64,000 nt of DNA from an archaeon. Its GTDB lineage: Archaea > Nanobdellota > Nanobdellia > Woesearchaeales > JAADFO01. The notes under the pieces were generated by a model. That model saw nothing but the letters and a program-made list of their open reading frames with translations, was not told the DNA's origin and ran no database searches. Every line of letters begins with the position of its first letter. The stretch's first letter is position 1. The DNA lies in NCBI GenBank assembly GCA_043817075.1, contig JBDRHG010000022.1:39102-103101 (forward strand). Direction: 5' to 3'. Below, piece by piece: positions 37,101 to 44,880 of the stretch. Position numbers and translations under genes: made by a program.

Positions 37101-40087
37101 CGAGCGACAGCGTGGGCAACCTCAACGACAGCTCATGGATCACCGTGACCATCGACGACCTCAATCCGCGGGTCATCAGCATCAGCCATGACGCGACCGG
37201 AGGGTATGTGACCGGAGACCAGGTGGTGACGATCAGCGTCAATGTCACCGACGCCAACACCTCGACCGTGACCATCAACGGCTCTGCGCTCACTGAGAGT
37301 GCGGGCGTGTACACCATCAGCTCTAACCTGACCGCTCTCGGCTGCACCGCAGGGGCTTCCTGCGTTCTGACCGTGGTGGCGACTGATGCGCTGGGCAACA
37401 TCAATGATAGTGAGACGACGTCGATCACAGTCGACGATGAATCGCCAGTGATAGTGATTTCCATCCCTAGCAACGGAAGCACGACCAACCTATCGCTTGT
37501 CAATTTCACCGTGTCCGACGGATTCTCTATCGACAATAGCACGATAGCGGTCAGCGGCATCAGCGGCTATGCTTTGATGAGCTGTCAGGGCAACACCACA
37601 TGGATGAACTGCCAGTTCGTGGGTACTGGATTGAGCCAGGGCTCGAACACCATCACTGTATCGACGAGCGACCAGGCAGGCAACTCAGCGTCGAACACCT
37701 CGACGTTCTCCTACGACACAGCAGGACCGGTGATCACCGCGTCGTATTCGCCCGTAACGACACCGACGTCGCCTGCTGCAGGCGTGACCCTGAACTATAG
37801 CTCGTCTGACGCGACATCGTCGATGTCCCAGGCATGGTATGAGATCGATAGGAATGGCACCTTGATCGCGCTGAACATTTCGGCCAACTCCGCAGCGTTG
37901 CCGACGCTCGCGGCCGGCGCCCATAGCTTGGTGATCACAGCCAACGATTCGTTCAATAACGAGGCGAACCTTTCCGTCGGCACATTCTACATCCTACAAC
38001 CGGTCAATGTCACCGAGATGACAGGGATCATGGAACAGGACGCGACGGTCGAGGATGTCGAGATTTTCCTCGAGAACGGCAGCGTGGCCGAAGGAGAGGT
38101 CTATTTCAACCAGAGCATCGTCCAGGTCATCACGCCCAATTCGACGACCGCAGGCGTCAATGTGACCATCAACATCTCTCTGTTGGGGACCAATGTCAAC
38201 ACCGGCAATGCCGACGACCCTGTGCTTGAAGTCGATGTGACGAGCAATATCGGCACCACGGTGTCCAACAACATCGGAGGCAGCAGCCTGACCGCGATGG
38301 TGATGTACACGAACATGAGTCTGCTCATAGAGGATGACGCCTACACGGACGCGAGCGGTATCGCTCAATGGGTGCAGATACACTTCGAACGAGCATTGGG
38401 CATCGACCTTGCTGTATATATAGCCGATGATGAAGGAGCGACCGCGTATACGCTTGCGCAATGCGACAGCAATGCTGAACCGGCGACACCTGCGACGCTC
38501 ACCGGATCATGCTATGTCAACGGCACCGGCTTCGTGGACGTCTATGTCCCGCATCTTTCCGGCGTCATCATGGCGAACCCGTCGGACGCCCCTGATGTGG
38601 TGATGAACAATCCGACCGCGGTGGTGAGCAACAGCTACTTCAACCTGAGCGGCCATGTGGGAGACCTCAACCTGGATTCCTGCGCCTATCAGTTGTACAA
38701 CAACAGCAACGAGACGATCGGCTCGCAGACCAGCCTGAGCGTCACCCAGAGCGAGACCAACCTCGCCAACTACAGCTTCATCGTGACCAACGCGAATGAC
38801 GCCAACTTCGAGGACTGGACCAACGGCACCGTGCTCAACATGACCGTGACCTGCACATCGACGGACACCAATAGCACATCGACGTATATCGCCGTGGTGA
38901 TCGACGACACGACTGCACCTGTGATCACGGCAAGGAGCATCGCAGGGACGGCAAGCGACTCCGAGACAGGCACGATGACAGTGACCTGGACCACGGACGA
39001 GTACACCATATGCGGATACAACGCATCCAATGCGCTCCAGAACCATACGGCCTACAATTCCGGGTTGACCAACCTGACCACCGCCTACGCCAAGAGCCAG
39101 GTCTATTCGGTCGGATTCTCTGCCGCCGGGGCCATCGCGGTACCAAGCATCATCTGCATCGACCGCAACGGCAATAGCCAGTCGTCGCACAATGCCACGG
39201 CAAGCCAGAGCGTGACCATCACGGAATCCTCCGGAGACAGCAGCTCAAGCGGTGGCGGCAGCACAGGCGGCACGACACCGGTATCCGCATCGACCAGTAC
39301 CGCGAAGGTCTGGACAGAGCTGCCGAAGGGCGAGAATGCGATGATCCTGGAGGAGACCTTGATACCCTTCAAGAAGTTGACATTCTCGACGAAGAGCGAT
39401 CTCAAGGATGTCGAGCTCAAAGTGGTGGCCTTCACGGGCAAGCCGTCTGCGCTGACCGAGGTCGAGGGAGTCGCGTACAAGTATATCGAGGTCGAAGAGA
39501 AGAATATCGGCAACGACGACATCTCATGGGCTGAACTCTCCTTCAAGGTCGAGAAGACCTGGCTCGTCAATAATGGACTCAATGCCGACAGCGTATCCCT
39601 CTTCCGTTGGGAGAACGGCGCATGGACGCAGCTCAAGACGAAGAGAGTGACCTGGGACGGCGTGTATGAGTACTATACCGCGGACTCCCCTGGCCTCTCG
39701 TACTTCGTCATCTCGGGAGCGGTCGTGACCGTCGAGCCAGAACCCATGCCTGAACCGGAGCCTGAACCGACACCGCCTGTGGAAGAGCCCACTGAGGCGC
39801 CGGTCGTCGTGACGCCTGACACTGAGACAGAGACCGAACCTGAGGCAGGACCGGAGAAGGGCGGAATCTCGGCCAGCGGCATCATCGCGCTCGCCCTGCT
39901 CGTCATCGTGTTCGCAGGGATCTTCTTCTTGGTGCACAAGAAGCAAGAGGATGACGACAAGGGACCTCCAGAGGAAATCACCAAGGACGACGACGAGGAA
40001 GGCGAAGAGGTGGCGGTCGAAGGACAGCCCGCAGAGGAGAAGCCCGAGACCATCGACAAGGAGAGATACAAGCCGCCGAAGAATTAG
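34172..40087 (+). CDS. Giant S-layer/adhesin-like surface protein (1971 aa): FN3 domains, tandem Ig-like repeats, PGF-pre-PGF-like domain, TM anchor, acidic tail
   Basis: Signal peptide. Two FN3-like domains (LTWTANTDDTLGYKLYRDG...; NMSWSG...YRVYSN...). At least 8 tandem ~95-aa repeats delimited by VDD-x-P. The C-terminal segment YKYIEVEEKNIG...FKVEKTWL...LFRWENGAWTQL...SPGLSYFVISG is followed by a PEPEP linker, a TM helix and a cytoplasmic acidic tail. Confidence 0.9.
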   Translation: MRLSSILLFGALFISLALVSSAAPPSTSLVVFGKVYMANGSNATGANYTINAYVSYTNLTSVNQTTGQLPTGLDVNNNLYDNGLYVQGAGNLLEVIVAYYSSGVVQQNDSWLYNITASDESNSFVMMPTMTLTDVQAPSQVSGFSGVSMGDGEAVNLTWTANTDDTLGYKLYRDGSVIGSFTPASNATYLDTGLTNGQQYDYSITAYDSAPNFATNATTSVTPQDTLAPAQVTGVVVSSSNQTLNMSWSGVSTNSDGSSISDFATYRVYSNMSGAWGLIASTTSLLWSNSSLQNQVAYYFTVAAVDDDGNEGQNSSTTTGTPAARPTISIAPSEGIITSGTTINVTISSSANLDAASYQVYNSSIDIIDNQQNGSIDAASWTYTIDPSAWAEAMAHTVAIWANDTNAQANSQNFTYTVDDTRPAVTGMLMEDGDSLVTSSASVRFNVTVTDVSTIATVTFGASGTEVGLTNSTPTLFSATTDASTLGCSSTDGNCTVTFVATDVAGNINSSETLTFSIDDVSPTVTGAIADDADGYLKSTDAVKINVTVADSNTISTVNVSGGTALPMSLLTGSVYNLTATPAALGCSEGSCILTFTAVDLLGNSNTTTTLSLTVDDTEPSLWDSGVNDTDAKVKSTDSVLFRINVSDTNLSTVSINGTMMTNTAGNLYTTTNTTADWGCAGSGSCTFSITATDLVGNTNTTTATVTVDDIVPTVFNGAIDDTDSLVKSTDTITVTVNATDTGTSITNVSVSGITMTGSGTAYTLSSTTAAALGCTTTGACVLTVTAVDEVLNTNTTTIAFTVDDDMPAVFAQGYNETTIGLSKTIQLYANVTDNIGVFNVSARFESNAPIPLSLSSGALYSVETTATALGISTTGSHTVTITAYDNVSNMNSSETVVLDVDASMPVVLSATANTTYAFSTTSINFSAFVNDTSLTSVLLNGTVMSGTAGGTFSTINTTADWGCQGIEGDCTFLVEASDSVGNLNDSSWITVTIDDLNPRVISISHDATGGYVTGDQVVTISVNVTDANTSTVTINGSALTESAGVYTISSNLTALGCTAGASCVLTVVATDALGNINDSETTSITVDDESPVIVISIPSNGSTTNLSLVNFTVSDGFSIDNSTIAVSGISGYALMSCQGNTTWMNCQFVGTGLSQGSNTITVSTSDQAGNSASNTSTFSYDTAGPVITASYSPVTTPTSPAAGVTLNYSSSDATSSMSQAWYEIDRNGTLIALNISANSAALPTLAAGAHSLVITANDSFNNEANLSVGTFYILQPVNVTEMTGIMEQDATVEDVEIFLENGSVAEGEVYFNQSIVQVITPNSTTAGVNVTINISLLGTNVNTGNADDPVLEVDVTSNIGTTVSNNIGGSSLTAMVMYTNMSLLIEDDAYTDASGIAQWVQIHFERALGIDLAVYIADDEGATAYTLAQCDSNAEPATPATLTGSCYVNGTGFVDVYVPHLSGVIMANPSDAPDVVMNNPTAVVSNSYFNLSGHVGDLNLDSCAYQLYNNSNETIGSQTSLSVTQSETNLANYSFIVTNANDANFEDWTNGTVLNMTVTCTSTDTNSTSTYIAVVIDDTTAPVITARSIAGTASDSETGTMTVTWTTDEYTICGYNASNALQNHTAYNSGLTNLTTAYAKSQVYSVGFSAAGAIAVPSIICIDRNGNSQSSHNATASQSVTITESSGDSSSSGGGSTGGTTPVSASTSTAKVWTELPKGENAMILEETLIPFKKLTFSTKSDLKDVELKVVAFTGKPSALTEVEGVAYKYIEVEEKNIGNDDISWAELSFKVEKTWLVNNGLNADSVSLFRWENGAWTQLKTKRVTWDGVYEYYTADSPGLSYFVISGAVVTVEPEPMPEPEPEPTPPVEEPTEAPVVVTPDTETETEPEAGPEKGGISASGIIALALLVIVFAGIFFLVHKKQEDDDKGPPEEITKDDDEEGEEVAVEGQPAEEKPETIDKERYKPPKN
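35420..37450 (+). repeat. Tandem coding repeats (~285 nt / ~95 aa, at least 8 copies) inside 34172..40087
   Basis: Recurrent (T/S)VDD(T/V/I/E)xP...V(N/T)V(T/S)D...LGC(x5-6)C(T/V/I)(L/F)T..A.D..GN.N pattern. The copies are diverged at DNA level. Confidence 0.8.
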
Positions 40088-40096
40088 GTCCGGCGA

Positions 40097-40120
40097 TTTT
40101 CTTTTTCTTTCTTATCTTTT
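40097..40120 (+). terminator. T-rich tract after the 1971-aa gene (terminator candidate)
   Basis: TTTTCTTTTTCTTTCTTATCTTTT lies immediately downstream of TAG 40085-40087, in a convergent gap. Confidence 0.35.
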
Positions 40121-40130
40121 CTTCCGATTT

Positions 40131-41291
40131 CTATCCGAAAGTCTTATTCCTGGATGTCAGCGTCCCGTGGACGGTCGCCAGCACGATGCTGTAGAGCACG
40201 AATAGGAGGCTGAGGTTGAGGACCGTATCCATACCGTCGACCGTGGAGAATGATGTCGTGATCAGCAGTATGATGACTGAGACGTCGATGCCTTTTGGGA
40301 CAGTGAGGGTCAATAGGAGCTTGTCCCTCGACGGCATTGCCGGATAAGCTGCCTGGACCGCGAAGAGGCGTATGGCCAGGTAGCAGAGGAAGAGCAGGGT
40401 GCCCTTGAGGAGATACTGGGTCTGGACGATGAGTATGGTCCCGATGAGGATAAAGACCAATATCTCAAGTGTGTGGGTGAAGATGCAGGCGAATTTGCGG
40501 AGCTCTATCTTGTGCTCGACATGGAAATTGCCGAACATCAGCCCGAGCACTACGACAGCCAGAACCCCGCTTCCTCCGATCCACTCAGAGATCACGAAGG
40601 TGATGACGACGGCGGTGAGCACCATGAGATGGCTCAGGTTTCCCATGAAGCTCTTGCGCAGGATGGAGAGGAGGATGCTGCCCACGAGAAGCCCGATGAC
40701 CAATCCGAGGCCGACCTGTAGGAAAAGGGAGAGGATTGGTGAGAATGCACCGCCGAAACCGGCCTTGCCTACGCCTTCCAGTGACCTCAGGAGCATGAGG
40801 GAGATGATGAGGGTGATTGGCTGGTTGAGGAGAGATTCGACCTCCAGGAGCTCGACGGCTTTCCGTTTCGCCTTACCAAGGAGGGTCAGAGCGATAGCCG
40901 GATCGATGCCGAACATGAGCGAGGAGAAGAAGAAGGCAAGGAGGGGATGGATGTCGAAGAGGAAGACCGCGACGGCAGAGAGCAGGACGACGGTCCCGAC
41001 CCAGTAGAAGCCGGTCAGCCGCAGAGCGGGCATGAGGAAACTGCGCAGCTCTTTGAATTTGAGCTTGTTGGTGGAATCGAAGACGATCATGACAAGAGCG
41101 AGCACGCAGATCGTGATGACCGCGACCGGAGAGAAACTGATGAGGCCGAGGCCACCGAATATCATTCCGGCGAGGATGAGGAAGAAGACATTGGATGTGC
41201 GCAGGCCTTTGGCCAGTGCGGTGCAGAGCGTGCCGAGCAGCAGGATCATGGCGATATAGACCAGATGGACCAGGCTCTGTAGCATCTCCAT
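40131..41291 (-). CDS. Cation:proton antiporter (Na+/H+ exchanger family, CPA-type) membrane protein
   Basis: A 386-aa polytopic membrane protein with about 11-12 hydrophobic helices. The N-terminal ILLLGTLCTALAKGLRTSNVFFLILAGMIFG is typical of the Na_H_exchanger family. Confidence 0.8.
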   Translation of the reverse strand: MEMLQSLVHLVYIAMILLLGTLCTALAKGLRTSNVFFLILAGMIFGGLGLISFSPVAVITICVLALVMIVFDSTNKLKFKELRSFLMPALRLTGFYWVGTVVLLSAVAVFLFDIHPLLAFFFSSLMFGIDPAIALTLLGKAKRKAVELLEVESLLNQPITLIISLMLLRSLEGVGKAGFGGAFSPILSLFLQVGLGLVIGLLVGSILLSILRKSFMGNLSHLMVLTAVVITFVISEWIGGSGVLAVVVLGLMFGNFHVEHKIELRKFACIFTHTLEILVFILIGTILIVQTQYLLKGTLLFLCYLAIRLFAVQAAYPAMPSRDKLLLTLTVPKGIDVSVIILLITTSFSTVDGMDTVLNLSLLFVLYSIVLATVHGTLTSRNKTFG

Positions 41292-41314
41292 GCCCTGTCC
41301 CTTGATTCAAGGCT

Positions 41315-41356
41315 ATTTAAACGTTTTGGCGGGCGACAATGGGGGAAAAATATATT
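41315..41356. promoter_or_regulatory. Divergent promoter pair (two TATA boxes) between the antiporter and galE; both transcripts probably leaderless
   Basis: Minus-strand AAACGTTTAAATAGCC has its TATA at 41315-41322, about 27 nt from ATG 41291. Plus-strand AAAAATATATTAA at about 41349-41356 is about 27 nt from ATG 41381. Confidence 0.5.
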
Positions 41357-41380
41357 AATCGCAGCCATCACTGACGAAGG

Positions 41381-42364
41381 ATGCGAGTCCTCGTCACCGG
41401 CGGAGCCGGATATATCGGAAGCCATGTCGCACTATCCCTGCTCGAGCAGGGCCATGAGGTCACCGTGCTGGACAATGTCTCGACAGGGTTCTCCTGCCTC
41501 GTGCCGAAAGGCGCGCGTTTCGTCCATGCCGATCTGGCCGAGAAGGACGTGGTCGAGAAGACGCTGCGTGAGGACAAGATAGAGGCGGTCATGCATATGG
41601 CCGCAGCAGCGGTGGTCAGCGAGTCCGCAAGTGATCCAGGTAAGTACTTCCGCAACAATGTGACCTATGCCCAGAATCTCCTGGATGCCATGGTCGCGGT
41701 CGGGGTCAAGAGATTGATCTTCTCATCCAGCTGTGCAGTGTACGGCACCCCAAAGAAGGTACCGATCGACGAGAGCCATCCGTTCGCACCCATCAGCACC
41801 TATGGCTGGACCAAGCTCATGTTCGAGCGCATGCTGCAGGCCTACGGACGGGCCCACGGGATAGAGCATGTCTCGCTACGCTATTTCAACGCTGCCGGCG
41901 CTGCCTTGGACAGCTCCATAGGCGAGATGCACGATCCCGAGACCCATCTCATCCCTAATGTGTTGAAGGTGTCCACAGGCGAGAAGGAACGCCTAGAGGT
42001 ATACGGCAAGGACTATCCCACCGAGGACGGAACCTGCATCCGTGACTATGTGCATATCCTTGACATCGCCCGGGCCCATGTGCTAGCCATGGAGAAGATG
42101 GACGGAGGGATATCGCCTGCCTACAATATCGGTACTGGTGACGGCCACAGCGTGCTCTCCGTCATCGAGATGTCGAGAAAAGTGTCAGGCAAGGACATCC
42201 CGGTCCACTACGCTGATCGACGTCCGGGCGATCCTCCCAGATTAGTGGCGTCCAGCGGCCTGATCAAGAAAGAGTTGGGCTGGTCACCACGCTTCGACCT
42301 AAAAAAGATCATCGAGACCGCGTGGGACTGGGAGTCCCGGGACAAGGGGGAGAGACACGCATGA
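41381..42364 (+). CDS. galE: UDP-glucose 4-epimerase (NAD-dependent epimerase/dehydratase, SDR family)
   Basis: MRVLVTGGAGYIGSH Rossmann motif, STYGWTKLM (YxxxK catalytic motif), and the full-length GalE-like pattern (HVSLRYFNAAGA, DGTCIRDYVHILD). Confidence 0.9.
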   Translation: MRVLVTGGAGYIGSHVALSLLEQGHEVTVLDNVSTGFSCLVPKGARFVHADLAEKDVVEKTLREDKIEAVMHMAAAAVVSESASDPGKYFRNNVTYAQNLLDAMVAVGVKRLIFSSSCAVYGTPKKVPIDESHPFAPISTYGWTKLMFERMLQAYGRAHGIEHVSLRYFNAAGAALDSSIGEMHDPETHLIPNVLKVSTGEKERLEVYGKDYPTEDGTCIRDYVHILDIARAHVLAMEKMDGGISPAYNIGTGDGHSVLSVIEMSRKVSGKDIPVHYADRRPGDPPRLVASSGLIKKELGWSPRFDLKKIIETAWDWESRDKGERHA

Positions 42365-43440
42365 GAGTCGTGTTCGCGATCAACACCGTCGGGTTGGGGC
42401 ATGCGACGAGATCGTTGCCGCTGATCAGAGGAGCGCTGGAACGTGGCCATGAGGTCAGCATCATCTCGAACTTCCGTTCGCTCGCATTCCTGAAGAATGA
42501 GCTTGGGAACAAGATAAAGCGGTATTTTCGATTGCATGATTATTCATTCGCCAGCAAATTATTTTCAAACAAGAAGGTCTCGATGCAGAAATTCATCCTC
42601 AACCTGCCCCTATTCCTCAAGGAGTACAAGACCGAGCATGATTCCTTCATCCGGATGCAGAAACGCTACAAGTTCGAATGTATCATCACCGACACCCGTT
42701 TCGGCATCTTCGACCGCAAGACGCCTTCCTATCTCTTAAGCCATCATATCAGGAATAAAATCAAAGGTCTTGCCAGGGTGTCCGAGATGCTGTCAGAAAT
42801 CCCCTATTTCGCCTTGATGTCTAGGTTCCGCAAGATACTCATCCCTGATTTCAGGAAAGGAGATATCGCAGGGTCCTATACGCATGGATTCAAGTTCCTG
42901 TCTAAGGATGATGTCTCCTATCTCGGCGTGCTCTCCATGATCCAGAAGAGGAAGGTCAAGGAGGACATCGATTATTTCTTCACGGTGTCAGGGCCTGAAC
43001 CACAACGCACCGTGTTCGAGAAGAAGGTGCTCGCCTGTCTGCCTAAGCTGGAAGGCAAGAGGGTCGTGGTGACCCTAGGCAAACCCGAGGTCAAGAAGAC
43101 GATAAGGAAGGGCCATACCACCATCTTCAGCTTCCTGGACAACAAGAAGCAGGAAGAGATGATGAACCGGGCCAAGCTCGTGGTGACACGTTCTGGTTAC
43201 ACGACGGTGATGGAATTGGCCGAACTCGGCAAGAAGGCGCTGCTGATACCGACGAAAGGCCAGGAAGAGCAAGAATACCTGGCGAAATATCATCATGAGA
43301 GAGGTAATTATCTCTCTGTGGACCTCGATGACCTCAATCTGCCTGACGACCTCGAGACCGCTGCCCAGTATCCGGGTATCCAGACCAAGAAGAAGACCAA
43401 GGACTCGGTGAAACGATTCCTGGACGTGACCGGGCTATAG
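42361..43440 (+). CDS. GT-B fold glycosyltransferase (MurG/GT28-like C-terminal domain)
   Basis: ATGA overlap with the galE stop. N-terminal MRVVFAINTVGLGHATRS and C-terminal VVTRSGYTTVMELAELGKKALLIPTKGQEEQEYLAKY match the GT1/GT28 nucleotide-sugar binding region. Confidence 0.8.
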   Translation: MRVVFAINTVGLGHATRSLPLIRGALERGHEVSIISNFRSLAFLKNELGNKIKRYFRLHDYSFASKLFSNKKVSMQKFILNLPLFLKEYKTEHDSFIRMQKRYKFECIITDTRFGIFDRKTPSYLLSHHIRNKIKGLARVSEMLSEIPYFALMSRFRKILIPDFRKGDIAGSYTHGFKFLSKDDVSYLGVLSMIQKRKVKEDIDYFFTVSGPEPQRTVFEKKVLACLPKLEGKRVVVTLGKPEVKKTIRKGHTTIFSFLDNKKQEEMMNRAKLVVTRSGYTTVMELAELGKKALLIPTKGQEEQEYLAKYHHERGNYLSVDLDDLNLPDDLETAAQYPGIQTKKKTKDSVKRFLDVTGL

Positions 43441-43674
43441 GTTCCTGGCGAAGAAGAAGGCTATCACGCCTGCGAGCAGCATGCCGAGGCCCACCAATAG
43501 GGTCATAGTTCTCAAGCGCTCTTCCTTCTCCGTGAGAGGGCGGAGCTCTTTCTCGTGCTTCTTCTCCATGCTGGCGCCGATGGCCATACCTATGGTGGGA
43601 CCGAGAGCGATGTTTCCCATAACGCTGCCGATAGGGATGCCTATAGGCAATCCGAATGCGATGCCGAGACCCAT
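43435..43674 (-). CDS. Small glycine-zipper membrane protein (79 aa)
   Basis: GLGIAFGLPIGIPIGSVMGNIALGPTIGMAIG followed by a second TM helix. I recognised no domain. Confidence 0.55.
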   Translation of the reverse strand: MGLGIAFGLPIGIPIGSVMGNIALGPTIGMAIGASMEKKHEKELRPLTEKEERLRTMTLLVGLGMLLAGVIAFFFARNL

Positions 43675-43838
43675 ATAGTGGCCTTTCGGACGCTTGCCGG
43701 TGCGCTTGAATTCCTAAGCCTTCAGACAGAATGCGAAGAAGCTGACCACAAGAAGGACCAGGATGATGGCTGCGATGAAGACTGACGGGATGTGGAATGC
43801 CGTGGTGCCCTTGTGTTCTTATGGATATAGAAAAACTG

Positions 43839-44345
43839 CTATTCAGGTGGCTGTCCGCTGGAATGCTTACGGATCATCGCATGGATCTCACGTTCGACCC
43901 CTTCGGGCCTGTTGACGTATTTGAGCACGACATCAGGCGTCCGATCCTCTGCGGTGTGCAGGACGATGTCTCCTGCTTTGCTCAACCGATCCCAGATGGA
44001 GATGACTGTGGTGAGATTGACGATCTGGGAGTATGGTACCGATGCCCTCTTGATGACGAGGAACTTGAACTCTTTGAGCACATAATCATCATAGAAGGAA
44101 TACGTCGTCGAATGGAGGAACAATGACGCGATACCCACCCAAAGCAGGACGAGGATGAACGATCCGAGGCAGATATAGAAGATGGTGATGGGCGATCCGA
44201 ATATCATGATACCTGAGAAAAGCTGGTCGATCCCTGCGAGGAGGAGGAGGAGGAGAGCGATGATGCCCAGCGCGGCGTATTTTGCGAACTGCGGGACGAG
44301 GGCGTTTGGGATGTCCGGTTTGATGACGAGATGGGGCTGCTCCAT
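43839..44345 (-). CDS. Membrane protein with bacterial PH (bPH_2/YdbS-like) domain
   Basis: Two N-terminal TM helices, then YSFYDDYVLKEFKFLVIKRASVPYSQIVNLTTVISIWDRLSKAGDIVLHTA, which is typical of DUF304/bPH_2. This is the last GC-rich gene before the island. Confidence 0.75.
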   Translation of the reverse strand: MEQPHLVIKPDIPNALVPQFAKYAALGIIALLLLLLAGIDQLFSGIMIFGSPITIFYICLGSFILVLLWVGIASLFLHSTTYSFYDDYVLKEFKFLVIKRASVPYSQIVNLTTVISIWDRLSKAGDIVLHTAEDRTPDVVLKYVNRPEGVEREIHAMIRKHSSGQPPE

Positions 44346-44593
44346 GGGATGGCCGGGGGCATCGCGTCATAAAAAGATTACGCAATCGAACTTGAGAAGG
44401 GGAAGATACGGCTGCCAAACATGGGTAAAAAGTGCAGATACGGGCAAATAAATTCCTATTAAACCGAAAATCTTGTGCCTATTTCGAAAAATATTTATCA
44501 ACAGCAATATTTATACTGTAATGCTCCCAGAATTAGGGGGTAATAGATAAGGGGATAAAATTTGACGCTCTTATAAAATATATATTGAAAAAT

Positions 44594-44646
44594 AAGGATT
44601 TTTTTGATTAATCCTTTATTAGGATTTAAAAAGAACTTTAAATCCT
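44594..44646. repeat. Two adjacent hairpins sharing AGGATT / AATCCT arms near the island's left edge
   Basis: AAGGATT-N9-AATCCTT (44594-44616) and AGGATTTAAA-AAGAAC-TTTAAATCCT (44621-44646). Confidence 0.6.
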
Positions 44647-44700
44647 GACAATAGTTTGAATATATGGTGCTTTCTCCTATGAATACTGAAGTCTATTTTC

Positions 44701-44880
44701 CTATGGTAACTCGTTTTCGAGGATTATTCTGTTTAATTTGTTGTATAAATTTTTATGACATCGAATACTTCCTTCAATATTATTGACTGAACTCAATGTG
44801 TCACCAATTCTTATCGCAATGCCATTAGCTTTATTCTTATGTCTCCAAATGGATACATTATCCAGGTTTATTGTTTTCAT
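44701..44880 (-). CDS. Small hypothetical protein (59 aa)
   Basis: ATG at 44880 is preceded by GAGGTGG 8 nt upstream (the track ORF begins at an upstream TTG). I recognised no domain. Confidence 0.4.
   Translation of the reverse strand: MKTINLDNVSIWRHKNKANGIAIRIGDTLSSVNNIEGSIRCHKNLYNKLNRIILENELP

Noticed and set aside
35420-37450. Periodic repeats checked as a possible CRISPR array. The whole window was also scanned for short direct repeats with unique spacers near cas1.
   Set aside because: The periodicity is ~285 nt, lies inside a continuous ORF and is diverged, so these are protein-domain repeats. I saw no 25-40 nt repeat/spacer structure anywhere.
5646-37560. Many long antisense or alternate-frame ORFs in the GC-rich half, for example 5646..6233-, 12144..13184-, 13797..14633-, 19833..21092-, 24299..25705- and 36655..37560-.
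   Set aside because: They lie entirely inside much longer ORFs that have signal peptides, domain motifs and repeat structure. Their translations have the Arg/Val/Asp/His-rich or low-complexity composition typical of shadow ORFs in GC-rich DNA.
43714-43815. A minus-strand TM-like reading frame (..HIPSVFIAAIILVLLVVSFFAFCLKA*) between 43674 and 43839.
   Set aside because: There is no start codon of any common type after the upstream in-frame stop. It is probably a remnant or a chance hydrophobic frame.
44393-44415. A possible terminal inverted repeat between GAGAAGGGGAAGATACGG at the left boundary and the reverse complement of the window end (63978-64000, GGAAGGGGAAAAATCCGC).
   Set aside because: Only a 9-nt GAAGGGGAA seed matches, and the flanks diverge immediately (about 4 of the next 12). 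The window end is also probably inside another gene rather than at an element terminus.
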